Of a stretch of DNA of 64,000 bases, positions 59,658 through 64,000 are shown one piece after another. The DNA lies in the NCBI GenBank assembly GCA_041192805.1, contig JBEEMF010000057.1, positions 4,970 through 68,969 on the forward strand, written 5' to 3'. The DNA comes from Bacteroidota bacterium. GTDB lineage: Bacteria; Bacteroidota; Bacteroidia; NS11-12g; UBA955. The notes under the pieces were generated by a model that did no database searches, was not told the DNA's origin, and saw only the letters and a program-made list of their open reading frames with translations. Every line of letters starts with the position of its first letter. Position 1 is the stretch's first letter. The position numbers and the translations under genes are program-made.

Positions 59658-61223
59658 TTAATGCCCCTCAAATTCCATGCGATATTCCATATAGACTCCC
59701 GCCGTCCATCCAAAAAAATCGGGCATCGGATATTCATTCACTACTTGCAAGGTGCCATAATCGATGTTGTATTTCTCCCAAAATTTTTGGGTGATCGCAA
59801 ATTGGACTTCCACCGATTCCATGAACGATAAAATAAGTTGGTTTCGTTTTATGTTGAGCATGAGGTTTGTCAATCTCCCCTTCCCCTGGCCGTTGGAATA
59901 ATTTTCGATGGCCTGCGCTGCAAAATGCGTCAACGGTGGCCAAGCATTTGGACTGTCCCATTGGGTTTTCCAAAGCACCCGATTTGCTTCAATCCCAGAA
60001 GAATCTTTCGACAATGGCAAGCAAGGATAAACGCCAAATTTGCCGATGTAAGTATTCGATAATCGTACTAAGGCCGTTTTATTTCCAGAATTATGCTTTG
60101 CCAATCCAACAAAATAGGGCATGAATTGGGCCGCGTTGTGATTGAAGTTGATTTCACGTTTTGCCGAGTCGTAATCCCAATACCATCCAGTATGTTTGTC
60201 GTAAAATAGCTTGTTTATCAATGCTTTGCGTATTGATGCGCGCTTTTCCCAGATCCTTGATTTTTTGTGCTCATGTAGGACTTTATAGCCATTGCTGAGG
60301 GTTTTTTCGCTCAAATAAAGCAAGCAGTTAAGATCCAATGGGGCGATGCTCATGCACCGCGCGTTAAATCTTGTGGTGAAATCCCATCCGCTCTCCGCCT
60401 CCGCCAAAAGGTGGTTAGAAAGTTGAATTCCACGACCCTGTTTTTTGCCTTCCGGGCTCCGAATGCTGTCGTTGTTTAGTTTGGAATACATCGAATCAAA
60501 CCCCGAGCCCAAACGACCTCTCAGAAACTGCGCAAATCGAAGTAAAAAAGCATCGTTCGCGTTGTTGCCATAGTGATTCAAACGCAAGGCCGTGGGATTT
60601 TTTTGTGCGCCGTCAATGCCTTGATATTCTTGGGGCAATAACCCTAGTGAACGATTTTCCATCCACCAGTGATGCTCCTTTTCTAACGCTTTTAGTGCAA
60701 CGCGTAACCAAGCCGTATCGGCGGTGACTTCGAAAATGTCGTTGATCATCGCGCCAAGCAAAGGTGGTTGACTTCGATTTGTCATCGAAAAACGATTTGC
60801 ATTGGGGACAAACCCGAATTTGTTTAGCAAGTATATTAAGTTGTTGCAATTGTTAATGGCTTGCTGTATGGCAAACTTCTCGTCGGCAGTAGATTCGCCG
60901 TCACGTTGGGGATGACTCCCATAAGCAAGCAATCCGCAATTGATGAAGTAGCTGTCCCAATAATACATTTCGCGGAACATCTGATTGCCCGCCAGGGTTG
61001 GGGTAGAATAAGGGTAAGGCAGTCCGATGAAATCGGCCGAATCATGGGTTAATGTTCGAACGCTTTTCTTCCAATTTGCAATGTAATGTTGCTGCGCTTC
61101 TGCGATATAGGGCTCAACCGGGATTGCTTTCTGTGCGCTCAATGGGTTTAGTAACATTATCGAAACAAGCCAGAGAAGACTTCTGAAATGAATCGAAAAA
61201 GTAGAAAATCGCCCGCATCGCAT
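59658..61223 (-). CDS. treA: trehalase (GH37), secreted
   Basis: 521 aa with a signal peptide. Trehalase signatures [12 protein letters not shown] and [10 protein letters not shown], plus QPPLL. Confidence 0.85.
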   Translation of the reverse strand: MRCGRFSTFSIHFRSLLWLVSIMLLNPLSAQKAIPVEPYIAEAQQHYIANWKKSVRTLTHDSADFIGLPYPYSTPTLAGNQMFREMYYWDSYFINCGLLAYGSHPQRDGESTADEKFAIQQAINNCNNLIYLLNKFGFVPNANRFSMTNRSQPPLLGAMINDIFEVTADTAWLRVALKALEKEHHWWMENRSLGLLPQEYQGIDGAQKNPTALRLNHYGNNANDAFLLRFAQFLRGRLGSGFDSMYSKLNNDSIRSPEGKKQGRGIQLSNHLLAEAESGWDFTTRFNARCMSIAPLDLNCLLYLSEKTLSNGYKVLHEHKKSRIWEKRASIRKALINKLFYDKHTGWYWDYDSAKREINFNHNAAQFMPYFVGLAKHNSGNKTALVRLSNTYIGKFGVYPCLPLSKDSSGIEANRVLWKTQWDSPNAWPPLTHFAAQAIENYSNGQGKGRLTNLMLNIKRNQLILSFMESVEVQFAITQKFWEKYNIDYGTLQVVNEYPMPDFFGWTAGVYMEYRMEFEGH

Positions 61224-61227
61224 CCCT

Positions 61228-61235
61228 CAAAAATA
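61228..61235 (-). promoter_or_regulatory. -7 box TATTTTTG, 4 nt before trehalase ATG 61223
   Basis: The plus strand reads caaaaata. On the minus strand this gives TATTTTTG-aggg-ATG. Confidence 0.5.
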
Positions 61236-61265
61236 AGGGTATCGAAGCGCTTTAGGAAAGTTTGG

Positions 61266-62045
61266 TTAAATCAACGACGCAATTCCATCCCACAATGCAA
61301 TCCTAGCAGTTAATGCTTCCTGCGCGGTTGTTATGGCCTCGGACCACTTCTGAGCATCTTCGCCGCAAACATGGGAAAGCATCAACGCAGAGAGCCCCGC
61401 ATGATGGTCGCCATCCAATTCGATGTGCCTTTCCAAATAATAAATCAGCGTGTTAAAATTCTGACCGTTGGCATTGAGCTCTTTTACCATCGCCAAGAAC
61501 ATGTCTGGAATCAAATCTTCCCGACCAAATGCGAACGCCGCAGCCACTTCGTGTAGGTTGTCTCTGTCGATGATATCAAAAGTGGTCGCGATGAATTTCG
61601 CGGCTGAACTCGGAACGCTACTTAGCTCAATCGCCTGTCGCAGTTCTGTCCCTTCTGCAACGCGATTTACCAATTCGTCGATGCCTTCGAACGATGCGCC
61701 CGCCTCTGACATCGCACGTTTGTATAACTCAAAATGACTGATATGTCCGCCATTTGGATCTTCATCGCTCTCTTCGCCCAACACGATTTCATTGATAAAA
61801 AAACGCAATTCGGCTGTGCTTTTCGGTGTCCATGGAGCCTGGGTGCAAGTGAGGTTGTTTTGTAAATATTTCAGCAACGACATAAAATCCCATACCGCAT
61901 ATACATGGTGTTGCATGAAAGTCTGAAGCTTTTCACGCGAGTTGATTTTGTTGTAAAGGGGGTGATGTGCAAGCTTCGTTCTAAGGGGCTCGATGCTTGT
62001 TTGTAGCTGATGTAAATATTGATTTTGTGATGCTGCTTCCGACAT
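61266..62045 (-). CDS. DUF3050-like (haem-oxygenase-like fold) protein
   Basis: 259 aa, helical. The HHPLY...FMQHHVYAVWDFMSLLK pattern is recalled for DUF3050. The family call is from memory only. Confidence 0.6.
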   Translation of the reverse strand: MSEAASQNQYLHQLQTSIEPLRTKLAHHPLYNKINSREKLQTFMQHHVYAVWDFMSLLKYLQNNLTCTQAPWTPKSTAELRFFINEIVLGEESDEDPNGGHISHFELYKRAMSEAGASFEGIDELVNRVAEGTELRQAIELSSVPSSAAKFIATTFDIIDRDNLHEVAAAFAFGREDLIPDMFLAMVKELNANGQNFNTLIYYLERHIELDGDHHAGLSALMLSHVCGEDAQKWSEAITTAQEALTARIALWDGIASLI

Positions 62046-62049
62046 GGTG

Positions 62050-62057
62050 CAAATTTA
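62050..62057 (-). promoter_or_regulatory. -7 box TAAATTTG, 4 nt before ATG 62045 (DUF3050-like)
   Basis: The plus strand reads caaattta. On the minus strand this gives TAAATTTG-cacc-ATG. Confidence 0.5.
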
Positions 62058-62252
62058 ACAATGCATCGGTTTTAAGGTTTTCGGAAACTCGGAATTATTG
62101 TCATTTTTATGTCAGTCGCGAATTAGAATAGGAGAACTATCCCTGTCACTGCTATGGAGCTCCCTTTGCGATTCGTTTCTCTGGGACGTTCTTTGTCATT
62201 TACCTTTTGATATGATATAGTATTAAAGGCCCAATTCAAATACCTAAGCAGC

Positions 62253-63200
62253 TTAACCTAAGTTTTTCTTGGTGGATTTACCGGCGGCGGCATCAATCTG
62301 ATTCATCGCCATCATCTCCTTCAGGGTTTTGTTCATCCCGTCCGTTGATCCATCAAGGAAAATTACGTTGCCTTTGCCGTCTGCTGCGAAGTTTTTGATC
62401 GCTTCCGTCCACATGCTAAACAACAAGAAAGATGAGTCTAAATCGGCTTCCTTCATTTCGATGGCAGCGTCGCTCATACCCTTGGCAACCTCTTTACGGA
62501 ACAATGCGATACCTTCACCCCTCATCTGCGCCGCGATTTTCTCGGCTTCAGCAGATATTTTGATGGCGTTACCTTCCGCTTCCGCAGCTTTGGTTTTGGT
62601 AATCAATAAGGCCTGACCTTCATTCTCAGCGGCCGCTTTCAAATTAGACGATGCCACTACTTGCGCCATACTCTTGGTAATAACTTCATCAAAAGTGATA
62701 TCGTTCAACTGCAAATCGATCAAATGGTAGCCCCATGCCTCTAAAACAGCATCAATCCCTTCCTTTACCGATTCTACGATTTCTTTGCGAAGGGCTAGGA
62801 TTTCGGCTTGTCTTTTGGTAGCAACAAATCCGCGAATCGAACCTTCAATCGTTCTGATCAACGCTGTCATAAAATCACGGTCGTTAACAAACTTAAAGGC
62901 CACATTTTTCAACGTTTCCTCACGATTATCGAATACTGAATAAAGCAACATCGCCTTAAAATAAACGTTTGCCTGGTCCTGTGTAATCGCTTGGAAATCC
63001 AACTCTATACTCCTGTTTTGGATCGATATTTTACGATAAATCACCTCAAGAAAAGGAATCTTTAAATTCAGTCCTGGATATAGAATTCTACGGTATTTAC
63101 CGAACATGGTAATGATTGCGATACTTCCTTGTTGAACGGTTTGGATAGATGCCAGCAAAACAAGAGCTGCAACGCCTAAATAGATGTAAGTGGTTGTCAT
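62253..63200 (-). CDS. SPFH/Band 7 (stomatin/prohibitin-like) protein
   Basis: 315 aa with an N-terminal transmembrane helix, an SPFH core, and an Ala/Glu-rich coiled-coil (AAENEGQALLITKTKAAEAEG). Confidence 0.85.
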   Translation of the reverse strand: MTTTYIYLGVAALVLLASIQTVQQGSIAIITMFGKYRRILYPGLNLKIPFLEVIYRKISIQNRSIELDFQAITQDQANVYFKAMLLYSVFDNREETLKNVAFKFVNDRDFMTALIRTIEGSIRGFVATKRQAEILALRKEIVESVKEGIDAVLEAWGYHLIDLQLNDITFDEVITKSMAQVVASSNLKAAAENEGQALLITKTKAAEAEGNAIKISAEAEKIAAQMRGEGIALFRKEVAKGMSDAAIEMKEADLDSSFLLFSMWTEAIKNFAADGKGNVIFLDGSTDGMNKTLKEMMAMNQIDAAAGKSTKKNLG

Positions 63201-63207
63201 GGTATCT

Positions 63208-63215
63208 CAAAGATA
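63208..63215 (-). promoter_or_regulatory. -7 box TATCTTTG, 7 nt before SPFH gene ATG 63200
   Basis: The plus strand reads caaagata. Confidence 0.45.
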
Positions 63216-63326
63216 CATGTACTGCAATCAAAAAATGCGTACTAAAAATTTCAAAAATTCGATCCGTAATTCTCCAAAAATCCTGTTAAACTGAGCCATC
63301 CATTTCCGATAACCGAGTTTCGTAGG

Positions 63327-63968
63327 TCACGATTTTGTTTTGACGTCCGTTTTTGTGCTGAGGAATAAGCTCTTTATTGAGGCTACGTTTAATGGGAATT
63401 CTAAGATGATATGCAACATGCTTAGCACGTAAATGGCTACTAGTCCGATGCGATAATTGAAGTAAAACATCAAACAGCAGGCAATCCACAAAGAAAGTGT
63501 GATGTACATTTTGCGTTTATCGACCTTATGCCATTGGATGACAGATGTTTTGGAAAACCAGTTGAGGTAGTGATAGGTATAAGCGAAGGCGATAAAGGTC
63601 TGAACTTTCCAAACGATGGGGAGTTGCAGGTTCCAGTTGCTACCATCGGAATGACCAAGCATGCGTGTTAAAGCGTAGTTGACCTGGTGGAAGTTGGTCG
63701 CGATGAAGGTTTCGAAAGTAGATTTTGCTGTTTCAGAGGGGAGGGCTAGCGTTTCTTTTGATGCGATGACAAGTAAAACGAAGAACATCGAAACAACATT
63801 TACATAGCCCCAGGTAGATTTGCTTTTTTTTGCACCCGACCACATGAACAGTATCGTAAAGAGAAATACATGGATGATTGTTGGCAGGAGTATGCCAAAA
63901 CAAACGGCAAAAAAGGTGAATTTATATAGGAAGACGGTGGCAAGTGCACAGATTCCAATGATGAGCAT
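63327..63968 (-). CDS. hypothetical polytopic membrane protein
   Basis: 213 aa with about 6 transmembrane helices. I recognise no family. The start is close to the window edge, so the N-terminus is uncertain. Confidence 0.45.
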   Translation of the reverse strand: MLIIGICALATVFLYKFTFFAVCFGILLPTIIHVFLFTILFMWSGAKKSKSTWGYVNVVSMFFVLLVIASKETLALPSETAKSTFETFIATNFHQVNYALTRMLGHSDGSNWNLQLPIVWKVQTFIAFAYTYHYLNWFSKTSVIQWHKVDKRKMYITLSLWIACCLMFYFNYRIGLVAIYVLSMLHIILEFPLNVASIKSLFLSTKTDVKTKS

Positions 63969-64000
63969 CCGATTGGTGGTCTGTTGGGTAGATTGGAAAA

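Noticed and set aside
62046-62252. A 207-bp intergenic gap between the SPFH and DUF3050-like genes could hold a non-coding RNA.
   Set aside because: I could fold no convincing stem-loop or terminator by eye. The only feature found is the start-proximal TAAATTTG box for the downstream gene. The sequence does not support an RNA gene call.

Overview
This is a chromosomal core region of a Bacteroidota genome, flavobacterial or cytophagal in style. By eye the coding GC content is in the low 40s percent and the intergenic DNA is about 70-75% AT. I call 65 protein genes, 5 tRNAs and no rRNA. I see no CRISPR array, IS element or prophage.

Landmarks:
- dnaA lies at 6644-8092 on the minus strand.
- A 12.8-kb same-strand array runs tRNA-Thr, tRNA-Tyr, tRNA-Gly, tRNA-Thr, tuf, tRNA-Trp, secE, nusG, rplK, rplA, rplJ, rplL, rpoB, rpoC (17802-30620). 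A consensus Bacteroidota promoter precedes it and a 14-bp-stem terminator closes it.
- The rest is housekeeping or metabolic: gpmI, thiL, aspS, gcvT, tdk, nhaA, xerC, rpsU, Fe-S carriers, acyl-CoA enzymes and a trehalase. Several conserved hypothetical membrane or secreted proteins are interspersed.

I found no obvious defence island or mobile-element cargo. The observations most worth a second look are:
1. The Bacteroidota -7 promoter box TAnnTTTG sits only 4-7 nt upstream of the start codon of 12 genes. This implies widespread leaderless transcripts and corrects several longest-ORF starts.
2. A TsdA-like dihaem cytochrome c is translationally coupled to a CstB-like persulfide dioxygenase with two rhodanese domains.
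3. A dihydroorotase homologue has lost its HxH metal ligands and its catalytic Asp. It sits in a four-gene overlapping operon with membrane proteins.
4. A 59-codon ORF falls just below the ORF-track cutoff.
5. rpoB must start at a non-ATG codon, just downstream of an attenuator hairpin.

All family calls come from motif recognition by eye. No database search was run.
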